Source: an uncultured Bacteroidales bacterium | GTDB lineage: Bacteria; Bacteroidota; Bacteroidia; Bacteroidales; UBA932 | DNA length: 64,000 nt | Direction: 5' to 3' | Assembly (NCBI GenBank): GCA_900546445.1 | Contig: URCV01000001.1 | Coordinates: 11,445 to 75,444, forward strand | Shown here: positions 41,810 to 51,390 of the stretch, piece by piece | Numbering within the stretch: the stretch's first letter is position 1 | Layout: every line of letters begins with the position of its first letter | Program-made: the position numbers and the translations under genes | Notes under the pieces: generated by a model | What the model saw: the letters and a program-made list of their open reading frames with translations, nothing else | Databases searched by the model: none | What the model was told of the DNA's origin: nothing

Positions 41810-43471
41810 TTACGCGTCGATTTTAAAGGAATCCTTCAGCGAAGTAGTCTTGTTGAAGACAGGATGCTCCGCAGTGCTGTCCTTATCCTGAATATAATAT
41901 CCTACACGCTCGAATTGGACTGCGATTCCGGACTTGTCTTCCAGAAGTGCCGGCTCTGCCCAGCCAGTCTCGACGATAAGGCTATCCGGATTCAAGAAGT
42001 CCTTATAGTCCTTATCTTCAGGAACCTGACTCATATCCTGAAGGGTAAAGAGCTTATCGTACTGACGAAGCTCGACTTCCTTAGCGAACTGGGCGGATAC
42101 CCAATGGATGGTTCCCTTAACGGAACGCCACTCTCCTGCACCCGGCTTGGTGGTAGGATCGTAGGTGCACTTGAGTTCCACTACCCTGCCATTCTCGTCC
42201 TTTATGACTTCCTCGCACTTGATGATGTAGGTGTATTTCAGTCGAACTTCTCCGTCCGGTTTCAGGCGGAAGAACTTCTTAGGAGCGTCTTCCATAAAGT
42301 CTGCCCTGTCAATGAGGAGCTCGCCGGTGAAAGGAACCTTTCTGGTAGCACCTTCCGGTTCTGCCGGATTCAGTGGGGCATTGAACCATTCTACCTGTCC
42401 TTCAGGCCAATTCACTATCGTAAGTTTTATAGGGTCTGCGCCTACTACCATATAGCGGTTAGATCTGGCGTTAAGGTCCTGACGCACACACCATTCGAGG
42501 AGTTGCAGGTCGATGAGCTGGTCGCGCTTGGTGACGCCTATCTTTTCGCAGAACATCTTGATGGCCTCCGGAGTGTAACCACGCCTGCGCACACCGCAAA
42601 GTGTAGGCATACGAGGGTCGTCCCATCCGCTTACAAGGTTTTTCTGAACGAGTTCGAGAAGCTTGCGCTTGGACATAAGGGTATAGGTGAGGTTCAGTCT
42701 CGCAAATTCATACTGATGCGAAGGATAGATGCCGAGGGCCTGGATGAACCAGTCATACAATGGTCTGTGCACATCGAACTCAAGGGTACAGATGGAGTGT
42801 GTGATGTGCTCTATGGAGTCGCACTCTCCATGGGTATAGTCGTACATCGGGTAGATGCACCACTTGTCTCCGGTTCTGTGATGATGTGCGTGTTTGATGC
42901 GGTACATCAACGGGTCACGGAACATCATATTAGGATGAGCCATATCTATCTTGGCACGAAGCACTTTCTCTCCGTCGGCGTATTTGCCGTCGCGCATCTC
43001 GCGGAAAAGACGGAGGTTCTCTTCCACGCTGCGATTCCTGTACGGGCTCTCTACGCCAGGCTTGTCTACCGTGCCGCGGCCTGCGGAAATCTCTTCCTGG
43101 GTCTGGTCGTCGACATAGGCCAATCCCCTACGTATCATATCTTCGGCCCACTGGTACAACTGTTCGAAGTAATCAGAAGCATAGAGTTCCTTCTCCCATT
43201 GATAACCAAGCCATTTGATATCTTCCTTTATAGCGTCTACATATTCGGTGTCTTCCTTCGTAGGGTTCGTGTCGTCGTAGCGAAGGTTAGTCTTTCCGCC
43301 GTATTTCTGGGCCAATCCGAAATTGATGCACAGGCTCTTGGCGTGTCCCAAGTGCAAGTATCCGTTCGGCTCCGGAGGGAAACGCGTAAGCACGCTTTTT
43401 ATTCTTCCACTCTTAAGATCGTCCTCGATAATCTCCTCGAGGAAATTCAGTTTTTTTGTTGCTTCTTCCAT
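41810..43471 (-). CDS. glnS: Glutaminyl-tRNA synthetase
   Basis: Class I HIGH (PEPNGYLHLGHA), a KMSKS-like motif (LMSKR), and a C-terminal anticodon-binding beta-barrel. Confidence 0.9.
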   Translation of the reverse strand: MEEATKKLNFLEEIIEDDLKSGRIKSVLTRFPPEPNGYLHLGHAKSLCINFGLAQKYGGKTNLRYDDTNPTKEDTEYVDAIKEDIKWLGYQWEKELYASDYFEQLYQWAEDMIRRGLAYVDDQTQEEISAGRGTVDKPGVESPYRNRSVEENLRLFREMRDGKYADGEKVLRAKIDMAHPNMMFRDPLMYRIKHAHHHRTGDKWCIYPMYDYTHGECDSIEHITHSICTLEFDVHRPLYDWFIQALGIYPSHQYEFARLNLTYTLMSKRKLLELVQKNLVSGWDDPRMPTLCGVRRRGYTPEAIKMFCEKIGVTKRDQLIDLQLLEWCVRQDLNARSNRYMVVGADPIKLTIVNWPEGQVEWFNAPLNPAEPEGATRKVPFTGELLIDRADFMEDAPKKFFRLKPDGEVRLKYTYIIKCEEVIKDENGRVVELKCTYDPTTKPGAGEWRSVKGTIHWVSAQFAKEVELRQYDKLFTLQDMSQVPEDKDYKDFLNPDSLIVETGWAEPALLEDKSGIAVQFERVGYYIQDKDSTAEHPVFNKTTSLKDSFKIDA

Positions 43472-43481
43472 ATCAAATAAT

Positions 43482-43523
43482 CTTTGTTAGTACAATCCTT
43501 TTCTTTGTTAGTACAATCCGCAA
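43482..43523. repeat. Tandem 21-bp direct repeat (CTTTGTTAGTACAATCC x2), 10-50 nt upstream of the glnS start
   Basis: Two adjacent near-identical copies in the glnS promoter region. Confidence 0.5.
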
Positions 43524-43790
43524 ATATAATCTTTTTTCGTCTCCCACACAATAGCCTTCACCCACGCCTGCTTAATGTGTCCTCCTGTACGGTGAAAAGC
43601 CTGTTTGGCCGTACGGAAACTGCTAATCGCAAAAGTTCAAGCGCAAGCGAGCCGCCACATCGAGCTCGGCGCAGCGCTTGATAGTAATTTTGTTTTCCCT
43701 TGCAGCAAGTCTCTTCGCTCGCAGCAATGACACCCCCTCGGACGGGAACGAAGAATTTCAGGGTGTATTGCCTGCTCGCGGAAGGCCCGC

Positions 43791-43925
43791 CAATTCACTT
43801 TGGCAGGTCGGATGGCGTAGAACGCACTCTGTTAAGGGTGGCTTGCCAAAGTGAGACTTTTTTAGTTCCACCTTGGCAGGGAGGTATCGATATACGCGTT
43901 CTGTGGCACATTGGCTGCCAAAGTG
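43791..43925. repeat. ~135-bp repeat, copy 2 (inverted relative to 18873-19008)
   Basis: About 90% identical to the reverse complement of copy 1, including both CACTTTGGCAG/CTGCCAAAGTG unit pairs. Confidence 0.65.
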
Positions 43926-44051
43926 ATTTTGATGAGCTAGTCTCAATGGCCTGCCGTCCGGTAGATCGCGGTTCTGGCCGGATGGGAATGCATATTTAGC
44001 CTAAAATTTGCTATATTTGGGGAATTAAATGATTTTAAAAAAAGGCTTATT

Positions 44052-44759
44052 ATGGAAAGACATAGATTAAGCAGTGCGATCGTGCTTAGTATCGCGATCG
44101 TGGTTTCGGGCATTATGTTGCCGGTAGCAGTAAAGAATTACAGAGCGTTCGAGAGGACCATTACCGTCAAGGGGCTTTGCGAACGAGAGGTAGAAGCCGA
44201 TAAAGTCGTATGGCCTATAAACTATAAGGTGGCAAGCGACAACTTGAACGAGCTTACGGCGAAAATGGAAAGTAGCCGCAAGGCTATAGTTCAATTCCTT
44301 CAGGATGGTGGAATCGACGAAAGCGAAATCACCTTCTCGGCTCCTATCGTTTCCGATAAATATTCACAAGAATACGGGGGCGACAACAGGCGTTTCAGAT
44401 ACATCAGCCAGAATGTCATCACCGTCTGCACGAATAAGGTCGAAAAGATACAACCGCTCACCGCGAAAGTACAGGAACTGCTTAAAGCCGGAGTCGTGGT
44501 CAGCCGCGAGAACTACTGGGAAAGCGGTATCCAATACCTCTTCGAAGGCCTTAACGACATTAAACCGGAGATGATTCACGAGGCTATGGCCAATGCCCGC
44601 GTGGCCGCCGAGCAGTTCGCCACAGATTCCGGAAGTGAGATAGGCAAAATCAAGACTGCGTCGCAGGGGTCGTTCAGCATAGAAGACCGCGATGCCACCA
44701 CCCCTCAGATAAAGCGTGTGCGAGTAGTTACCTCCATCACCTATTACATTGAGAAATAA
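44052..44759 (+). CDS. SIMPL-domain (DUF541) periplasmic/membrane-anchored protein
   Basis: N-terminal TM helix and SIMPL-like architecture (...KVVWPINYK... GSEIGKIKTASQG). Confidence 0.6.
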   Translation: MERHRLSSAIVLSIAIVVSGIMLPVAVKNYRAFERTITVKGLCEREVEADKVVWPINYKVASDNLNELTAKMESSRKAIVQFLQDGGIDESEITFSAPIVSDKYSQEYGGDNRRFRYISQNVITVCTNKVEKIQPLTAKVQELLKAGVVVSRENYWESGIQYLFEGLNDIKPEMIHEAMANARVAAEQFATDSGSEIGKIKTASQGSFSIEDRDATTPQIKRVRVVTSITYYIEK

Positions 44760-44767
44760 AGGGAATC

Positions 44768-45898
44768 TTACAGCTCGTGCATTTGCACGATGGTGTCGAG
44801 CCATTGTGGAAGGGACTTGACGTGCCAAGTGCGGGCAGCCATGTCTTCCGGGGCGAAACAGTATATGCCCAAATCCTTACACTTTTCCAGAAGCGAAGAG
44901 GCCACCGGCAGGTAGCTTATAAGAAGGGCCTTCGAGTTATTCCCGCCATAGGTCCTTCGCACGCTATCTATCTTAAAGATGTCGGCCGAGGTGATCTCCC
45001 CCGACTTGCATTCGATAAGAAGGAGCCTCTGCCTGTCATTTACCACCAAATCTATCTCGTTTTTCACTGCATTCCCGCCCTGCTCATTGAAAATGACGTC
45101 GTGCCAGATATCGTCCTTACCGTGGCTTCCGACATTGGCCATATGCCAATCGGACACTACGTCGGCGACCACCACTTCCCACCAGCGTCCCAGGAACATC
45201 AGCTCGCAGCATCTCCCGGATGCCGAGTCGAAGAAGACCTCGAATCCGCGGTAGATACTCAGCGTGCCGCTCCGAGTCTCGATTTCGGCGCCATTGGCCA
45301 ATCTCCCCTTGAAGAAGTAGTCGCCCGATTTCGGCAGGGTGAGGCTCCGGAACCAGCCCTTGGCCATTCGATAGATGTCGTAATGCCGTTCGATGAACTT
45401 CTTCACGTAATAGGCGGCGTTCACGTCGAGGCTCTTGAGCTCCGATACGTCCTCGAAGGTCCGCACACAACCGCCGTACAGTCGAAGGTAGTCTTCGTTA
45501 CTGATGGCGCTGCGAAGAGGCCGGCGCACGTAGTCCGGAGTGTCTATCAAATAACCGTCCTGCGTGATATAGATCGCCCTGCAACCGTGCTCCCTGGCAG
45601 CCTTCCCCGCCGCGAGAGCCATAATCTTCGTGCCTTCGGAGAGGTTGAAGAGGAATTCGTCTTCGGGATTTTCGGCCAATATTCTCTCGCACACGCTCAC
45701 GATACCGTCCATATCGTAAGGACCCACCAAATCTTGACTCACCTTCACGCGGTCTGAGAGCAGTGAAAGAAGCGGCGCGCACAAAAGTTTACTTTCCTTC
45801 GTGACTAGCAGATGAACGAACTGCGGGCGGAACTCTTTTATCCCTAAATAGATAGTGTCGAAGTCGCGCCCTACGGTTATTATTTGGTGCTTATGCAT
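44768..45898 (-). CDS. CARF-domain + PD-(D/E)xK nuclease (Card1/Can1/Can2-like, DUF1887-type), standalone
   Basis: N-terminal Rossmann-like domain with CARF signatures (S/T-rich beta1 LLVTKESK and [DN]x[ST]xxx[RK] = NLSEGTK). C-terminal restriction-endonuclease fold motif EIDLVV...LLLIECK (D-x12-ExK). 376 aa. Confidence 0.5.
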   Translation of the reverse strand: MHKHQIITVGRDFDTIYLGIKEFRPQFVHLLVTKESKLLCAPLLSLLSDRVKVSQDLVGPYDMDGIVSVCERILAENPEDEFLFNLSEGTKIMALAAGKAAREHGCRAIYITQDGYLIDTPDYVRRPLRSAISNEDYLRLYGGCVRTFEDVSELKSLDVNAAYYVKKFIERHYDIYRMAKGWFRSLTLPKSGDYFFKGRLANGAEIETRSGTLSIYRGFEVFFDSASGRCCELMFLGRWWEVVVADVVSDWHMANVGSHGKDDIWHDVIFNEQGGNAVKNEIDLVVNDRQRLLLIECKSGEITSADIFKIDSVRRTYGGNNSKALLISYLPVASSLLEKCKDLGIYCFAPEDMAARTWHVKSLPQWLDTIVQMHEL

Positions 45899-45982
45899 AT
45901 TACATTTCTTTTGTTAAAGATAGAAAAAATTATTTACCTTTGCTCCCGTTTGCGCTTAGACGACTATTTTTATACTCATTTT

Positions 45983-47812
45983 ATGAATAAAATTACTAAA
46001 CTTTTGTCTTTGGCAGCATCGCTCTGCCTGATTGCCGTTTCTTGTGACGACAAAAACTCAACTACTCCTGACAAACCTAACAAACCGGACCAGCCAAGCG
46101 AACAGGGTCCTACCATTAAGGACGTACTTGCAGGCGAGATAGGCTCCACCTTCGAGGTGAAGGGAGCGCTCGTAGTCGGAGCTAACACAAATGGCGTTCT
46201 TCTCGAACAGGATGGCGAACGCATCTATGCTTTCTATGGAAGCGAGCACGGTCTCGCAAACGGTGACGTGGTAACCGTTAACGGCCCTACAGCTATGCGC
46301 AACGGTCTTCCTCAATTCGCAAGCGGATGCACCCTTTCCAAGACCGGCACCAAAGAGGTAGTCTACCCGGAGAGCAAGACTCTCAGCGTAGAGGACATCG
46401 ACAACTACATGAAAAATCCTTCAGTAGAATACGTTACTTTCACAGGTACCATTCTGCTTTCCGGAAACTATACTAACGTGGAGCTCGAAGGTACCTCATA
46501 TATAGGTAGCCTCGATTATATGACGGAAGACTTCAAGGCCGCCTATTCAGGACATAACGTGACCATCACGGGATGGGCATTCGGTTCTTATAAATCTTAC
46601 TTCTATGTGATTCCGGTTAAGGTCGAGGACCACGGAGTGTACGAGGAGGAGGTTCCTGCTGGCGCCATCTACTATAACACCTTCGACAAGGATCTCGCCA
46701 CACAGTCCTTCGGCGACGGCGGAAACTGGCCGTTTATGGATGAATTCGACGGCTGGAAAAACGAAAAGGGCGCAGGCGTACAGAACGTTTCATACAGCTT
46801 CCAGAGCATGTCCATCCGTACCAACCAGTCTTCAAAGGGCTATCTTTCAGAGTATGAAGGCTCAGGAAAGAATAACATTTTCTTCGGCACCGCTCCTAAC
46901 TTCTTCACCATAGAGAAGGTAGATGTTACCGGCAACCGCAACCTCCGCCTTCAGTTCGGCGCACAGAGATACTCTCAGGGTGGAACCAACACCTTTATCC
47001 GTCCGGACTTCGAGGTTCGCCTCTCTGCTGACGGTGAGGTATGGTCTCCTGCTCTTAACTACGACTTCGGCGACGTAGAGGACGTAGCCGGAAACTGGAG
47101 ACTCGCTACGGCTGACTTCACTCTTCCTGAAGGTACTAACACCCTTTACATCAAATTCGTGGCCAAGCTTAGCAGCGTGAACAGGCTCGACGACGTACTC
47201 CTTATCCCAGGTAAGGGTGGCAAACTCGTCGAATTCGGTAAGGAAGACGAGATTCCGCTCAGCACCATCGCAGAAGTACTCGCATCTCCTATCGAGGAAA
47301 AGTATAAGGTAGAAGGAACCATCATCGGCACACACCAGAAGGGATTCCTCGTACAGGACAAGACAGGCATCATACTGACCTTCAAGAAAAAGCACGGTAT
47401 GTCTGTGGGTGACGTAGTGACTCTGGAAGGCGTAACCACCGTGTACGGCGGTATGAAGCAGTTCGGAGAGAGCACAGTAGTTACCAAGAACGGCACCGCT
47501 ACCGTAACCTATCCTGAACCAGTAGAGTTCAAGGCTGCGGATTTCGACGCTTATGCTGCGGCACCTTGCATCAAATATGTTACCTACACGGGCGACTTGA
47601 CCGCTACCAGGGACCAGTACTACCAGTGGCACCATAACGTGGCGGTAGAAGGCACGGCAGTAGTAGGTTCTCTCTCTTATCCTAACAATGACCTTAACGT
47701 AAAGGACTTAGAGAACAAGAAAGTGACCGTGACCGGCTACGCGATAGCAGTTTCCGGGAGCGATGTCAAATACCTCAACACTATGGTCATCGAAATCAAG
47801 GAGGCTAAGTAA
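45983..47812 (+). CDS. Surface lipoprotein with two OB-fold-like repeats
   Basis: Lipoprotein signal ...LIAVSCDD. Duplicated ~60-aa segment (EVKGALVVGANTNGVLLEQDG...GDVVTVNG / KVEGTIIGTHQKGFLVQDKTG...GDVVTLEG). Confidence 0.5.
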   Translation: MNKITKLLSLAASLCLIAVSCDDKNSTTPDKPNKPDQPSEQGPTIKDVLAGEIGSTFEVKGALVVGANTNGVLLEQDGERIYAFYGSEHGLANGDVVTVNGPTAMRNGLPQFASGCTLSKTGTKEVVYPESKTLSVEDIDNYMKNPSVEYVTFTGTILLSGNYTNVELEGTSYIGSLDYMTEDFKAAYSGHNVTITGWAFGSYKSYFYVIPVKVEDHGVYEEEVPAGAIYYNTFDKDLATQSFGDGGNWPFMDEFDGWKNEKGAGVQNVSYSFQSMSIRTNQSSKGYLSEYEGSGKNNIFFGTAPNFFTIEKVDVTGNRNLRLQFGAQRYSQGGTNTFIRPDFEVRLSADGEVWSPALNYDFGDVEDVAGNWRLATADFTLPEGTNTLYIKFVAKLSSVNRLDDVLLIPGKGGKLVEFGKEDEIPLSTIAEVLASPIEEKYKVEGTIIGTHQKGFLVQDKTGIILTFKKKHGMSVGDVVTLEGVTTVYGGMKQFGESTVVTKNGTATVTYPEPVEFKAADFDAYAAAPCIKYVTYTGDLTATRDQYYQWHHNVAVEGTAVVGSLSYPNNDLNVKDLENKKVTVTGYAIAVSGSDVKYLNTMVIEIKEAK

Positions 47813-47836
47813 AGCTTTACTATCGATACGAAATAG

Positions 47837-47866
47837 GGCGACTGATTTTTTCAGCCGCCTTTTTTA
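47837..47866. terminator. Bidirectional terminator between the convergent lipoprotein and LRR genes
   Basis: GGCGACTGA-ttttt-TCAGCCGCC followed by TTTTTTA. Confidence 0.55.
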
Positions 47867-48982
47867 GTTTCTTTCGAGATTCCAGCTTTTAGGAATGCCA
47901 CACTCCTTCATATTCCAATGCGCATCATAACTCTTTACAAATGTTCCTTTGTAAGAGACACCGGCAAGCCAGTCTCTTGTAGTTCCTGCAGATAGACAAT
48001 CCGTAAACATGGCTTTGACATAATTAAGTTTCACGCATTTACAGAACATTCCATAATAACAATCTTCAACTAATTTCCTCGCCGGAAGGACCGGGGCTTT
48101 CGTAAGACTCGTGCAATTATAGAACATATATCTATAACATCCCTCTGCCAATTCGGTCGCCGGAAGCGCTGGAGCTTCAATCAAACTTTTACAGCCCGAG
48201 AACATACTACTATAACAAAAGGAAGCCAATTCCGTGGCCGGCAGTTCAGGTGCTTCAGTAAGACTCTCACAACCATTGAACATATCTGAATAACAAGCAT
48301 ATGTCAGTTTCGCAGCAGGAAGGCTCGGAGTTATTTTAAGACTTTTGCAATCCAAGAACATACCATAATAACAATTCTCCGCCAATGCCGTCGCAGAAAG
48401 TTCCGGGGCTTTAATAAGATTCGTGCATCTTGTGAACATAAATTCATAACATCCTTCTGCCAATTCGGTAGCTGGGAGCACCGGAGCTTCAATCAGACTT
48501 TTACAACCCGCGAACATACTGTTATAACACTGATTAGATAAAGTATTTGCCGGCAACATAGGTGCTGACATTAGCCCGTCGCAGCTCCAAAACAAAAACG
48601 CAAATGCATATTCCGGCACAGAATCAGCACTACAATCCCTACTCAGCAAGGACATAACATTCCCCTTAGCATTTAGCTTTCCAGAAATCTTAAAATAATA
48701 ATAATCTCTCGTAGTACTAGAAAACCTATCATTTCCAACTCCTCCAGCTCTAAACATCACGTTCTCGCCGTCAGACAAAGAGATAGTCTCTCCGATGGTA
48801 TATGGTTGCCAAACTCCTCCATCCAAACTATACTCCAAAGATACTTCATACGGTTCCCCTGACTTGGTCAAGGCAATAGTGGATTCTCCCGAAGATACAA
48901 AAGTTAACCCATTAAAATGATTACAGGGTGACATCCCCAAAAACACGATAATGGAAATCAAAAGGCCTATTCTTCTTTTCAT
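47864..48982 (-). CDS. BspA-type leucine-rich-repeat surface protein
   Basis: Signal peptide. About ten ~22-aa repeats of the form LPAtELaegCYxxMFxgCxSLxxAP. Confidence 0.7.
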   Translation of the reverse strand: MKRRIGLLISIIVFLGMSPCNHFNGLTFVSSGESTIALTKSGEPYEVSLEYSLDGGVWQPYTIGETISLSDGENVMFRAGGVGNDRFSSTTRDYYYFKISGKLNAKGNVMSLLSRDCSADSVPEYAFAFLFWSCDGLMSAPMLPANTLSNQCYNSMFAGCKSLIEAPVLPATELAEGCYEFMFTRCTNLIKAPELSATALAENCYYGMFLDCKSLKITPSLPAAKLTYACYSDMFNGCESLTEAPELPATELASFCYSSMFSGCKSLIEAPALPATELAEGCYRYMFYNCTSLTKAPVLPARKLVEDCYYGMFCKCVKLNYVKAMFTDCLSAGTTRDWLAGVSYKGTFVKSYDAHWNMKECGIPKSWNLERN

Positions 48983-49289
48983 AACATTGCAAAATTCCTA
49001 TACCTGAAAAAATACCCACCTGTGAGATTGTCAAAGATATAACAAAAATTGATATATCAGAAAATGTAATAATATTGACATCTTCTTTATTGAGAAAGAG
49101 AGCATATCCCGCTCTGCTTTTTGCTGAAGGGCGATGTTTTTCATACACTATTTTCTTTGTACTGCACAAAAAAACGACTTTTTACAGATACACAGGGTTT
49201 TCCCCCTGACCCCGAATATGCCGATATGTTTCCTTCAAGAAACAAGCAATATCGCCATGTGAAATCAATCGTTTTCAACGATTCTATCG

Positions 49290-49414
49290 TTATTCGGCTA
49301 TGACGGTCCAGCCTTCCGGAATGCCATCGTCTCCCCTGACATCCCACTTGGCGTACTTGCTCTTGACGAACGTACCGGTAGGAGCAACGCCCGAAAGCCA
49401 GTCACGAATTTAAT
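49290..49414 (-). pseudogene. Remnant: the last ~38 codons of a BspA-LRR paralog
   Basis: Translates to WLSGVAPTGTFVKSKYAKWDVRGDDGIPEGWTVIAE*, homologous to the C-terminus of the 47864-48982 protein. Confidence 0.55.
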
Positions 49415-49639
49415 AGTTTTCCTCGAAAAATCCATCGAACAATTTATTTTCATTCAATCACTTCGCCATTAGACCTACGAGCCCACTGGGTCAAAGTCGA
49501 ATGGCTGCAGGTGAAATCCGGAAGGTCGTTCTCTTCCGTAAGGGTGCTGTCCTAGGCTCCCGTCCGGGATACGGGACAACCGCAAGTCCATGAAGACGAT
49601 GACGATCATAGGGAATAACCGCCTATCGTCAATATCAAT

Positions 49640-51064
49640 TCAATGCAGGAACAGGTCATCGAGAGTAATCGAGTTCTGCACAAGTGAAGTGTGGGAATTG
49701 GCAGACAGACCGAATGTTGTCACCATCACAAGATGGATGGACTTGTTTGTCTTAGTTGCATTGCGGAAAACTTCGATCTTATCCACTAATTCCGATTCGT
49801 AGCCTTTAGTAATTGCATATAAACCCGATGCGAATTTAACTTCGCAGAGGTCAATCACGCCGTCGCGACGATCAATCAACAGATCAATCTGCGATCTCTT
49901 TCCAGACTCATCTTCGCCTCGCCATGAAAACTGACGGGTAGCCACTCCTGATATGCCCAAAGCAGCTTTGATCTGAGGAATGTGGTTCATACACAGAAGT
50001 TCAAACGCGAATCCCGTCCACGCACGATGCATGGAGGAATCAATTCTGTTTGTCCAAAAATTTTCGTCATCCCCATAGTTCTCCTGAACAAAATCAAGAT
50101 AAAAGATGGTGTAGAAGTCACTGAGACGGTAGATATTGCCTTTCTTCGTTTTCGTCCAATCCCTATACGACAAGACGAACCCACTGTCTTCCAACTCCTT
50201 AAGTACACGGGTCAAATTGCCGTTAGGCGGGATTTTTGTCGCCTCGGATATTTCGGCTCTTGTCAGCCCTGAACGCTTCGTGTTCAGAGCCTTGACAATC
50301 TTCAGATGCGGTTCGGGATTATCGAAGAGCGAAGCGTAGAGATGTGTAAACTCATCCCACAGGCGTGCCCTTTTCTTAAAGAAAATGTTGTCAATGTTTT
50401 GGCTGAAACTCATTCCTTTTTCGATCTTGTCCAGATAATAAGGAATTCCGCCCATAATCATATAGCATTCGGCTATATCCTTTCGCGTCAAGCAGATTTG
50501 TCTGCGGTCAAGAAATTCTTCAGTTTCCTTCAATGTAAACGGCTCAAGATAAATTCGGTCTGTGTCGCGATTGAAAAGACCTCCTTTATTGCTAAAAACC
50601 TTCTTTGTTATCCAAGAAGTCGCTGAGCCACAAAGTATAAGCAAAAGGTTATTTTCGCCGGACCCCCATCCGTTCCAAAAACCCTCCAACGCACTCACAA
50701 AATCAGATTTGCGAGTTTCCATCCATGGAACTTCATCAAGAAAAACTACGAGTTTCCCAGGGCGACTGATTCCCTGAAGATAATTTTTCAGCATCCTAAA
50801 TGCGGCATACCAGTCTTTCGGAGTCTCTACATCTTCCCCCGAATAGTCTGAAAGGGCATTGGCGAAGTTCTCCAATTGTCTTCGCATGCTCTTTTTGTAA
50901 AGTCCGGTAAGATAGAAATCAAAACGGTTGTCGAAGGCTTGACGAATCAGGAAGGTCTTCCCGACACGACGCCGACCATAAACGACCACCAATTCCGGCG
51001 ACTGCGATTCAAACCGCTCGCGAAGTTGCCGTATTTCATTTTCCCTTCCGATAAACTGTCCCAT
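49640..51064 (-). CDS. AAA+ ATPase (archaeal-ATPase/DUF234 type)
   Basis: Walker A GRRRVGKT, Walker B VVFLDEV, and a C-terminal DUF234-like domain. 474 aa. Confidence 0.7.
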   Translation of the reverse strand: MGQFIGRENEIRQLRERFESQSPELVVVYGRRRVGKTFLIRQAFDNRFDFYLTGLYKKSMRRQLENFANALSDYSGEDVETPKDWYAAFRMLKNYLQGISRPGKLVVFLDEVPWMETRKSDFVSALEGFWNGWGSGENNLLLILCGSATSWITKKVFSNKGGLFNRDTDRIYLEPFTLKETEEFLDRRQICLTRKDIAECYMIMGGIPYYLDKIEKGMSFSQNIDNIFFKKRARLWDEFTHLYASLFDNPEPHLKIVKALNTKRSGLTRAEISEATKIPPNGNLTRVLKELEDSGFVLSYRDWTKTKKGNIYRLSDFYTIFYLDFVQENYGDDENFWTNRIDSSMHRAWTGFAFELLCMNHIPQIKAALGISGVATRQFSWRGEDESGKRSQIDLLIDRRDGVIDLCEVKFASGLYAITKGYESELVDKIEVFRNATKTNKSIHLVMVTTFGLSANSHTSLVQNSITLDDLFLH

Positions 51065-51221
51065 AAATAATAAAGTTTTGTGTTACTTTGCAAATATAGA
51101 CATTTAAATAGAATTTAATGCAAAAATTCGAGATAAGTCGTCTAAATCTTGTAAAAAAAGATACATTTAGACAATATATCCCATTTTTAGTTGGGTTTAC
51201 ACCATTTATCTTGCTATCCAA

Positions 51222-51390
51222 GTAGCGTACTTGCTCTTCACGAAAGTGCCGGTAGGGGCAACGCCCGAAAGCCAAGAATAAATTGTTTTTTCGGAATACT
51301 CATCAGTAAACAAGGACTTGACATAATTTAAGTTCGTACATCCATAGAACATACAATAATAACACCTCGAAGCCGACAGTTATTGGCATG
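51222..51390 (-). pseudogene. Remnant: ~55 C-terminal codons of another BspA-LRR paralog
   Basis: Translates to CYYCMFYGCTNLNYVKSLFTDEYSEKTIYSWLSGVAPTGTFVKSKYA..., matching the CYYGMFCKCVKLNYVKAMFTD...WLAGVSYKGTFVKSY of the intact gene. Confidence 0.55.

Noticed and set aside
41864-43480. 538-aa plus-strand ORF covering glnS
   Set aside because: It is an antisense shadow of glnS (HIGH/KMSKS motifs lie on the minus strand). Its composition is typical of a reverse-frame artefact.
43700-43999. 99-aa and 62-aa ORFs over the 43.8-kb repeat, and the N-terminal 40 aa of the 18591-18914 ORF
   Set aside because: They are read out of the inverted-repeat sequence itself. The same DNA yields unrelated 'proteins' in the two copies, so they are non-coding.
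44364-45757. 154-aa and 326-aa ORFs antisense to the SIMPL and Card1-like genes
   Set aside because: They are shadow frames. The sense frames carry the recognisable CARF/PD-(D/E)xK and SIMPL features.
48000-48620. About 66-bp periodic DNA repeats that superficially resemble a CRISPR array
   Set aside because: The periodicity lies inside one continuous ORF and corresponds to 22-aa BspA-type leucine-rich repeats. The repeats are imperfect, have no unique spacers, and there are no cas genes.
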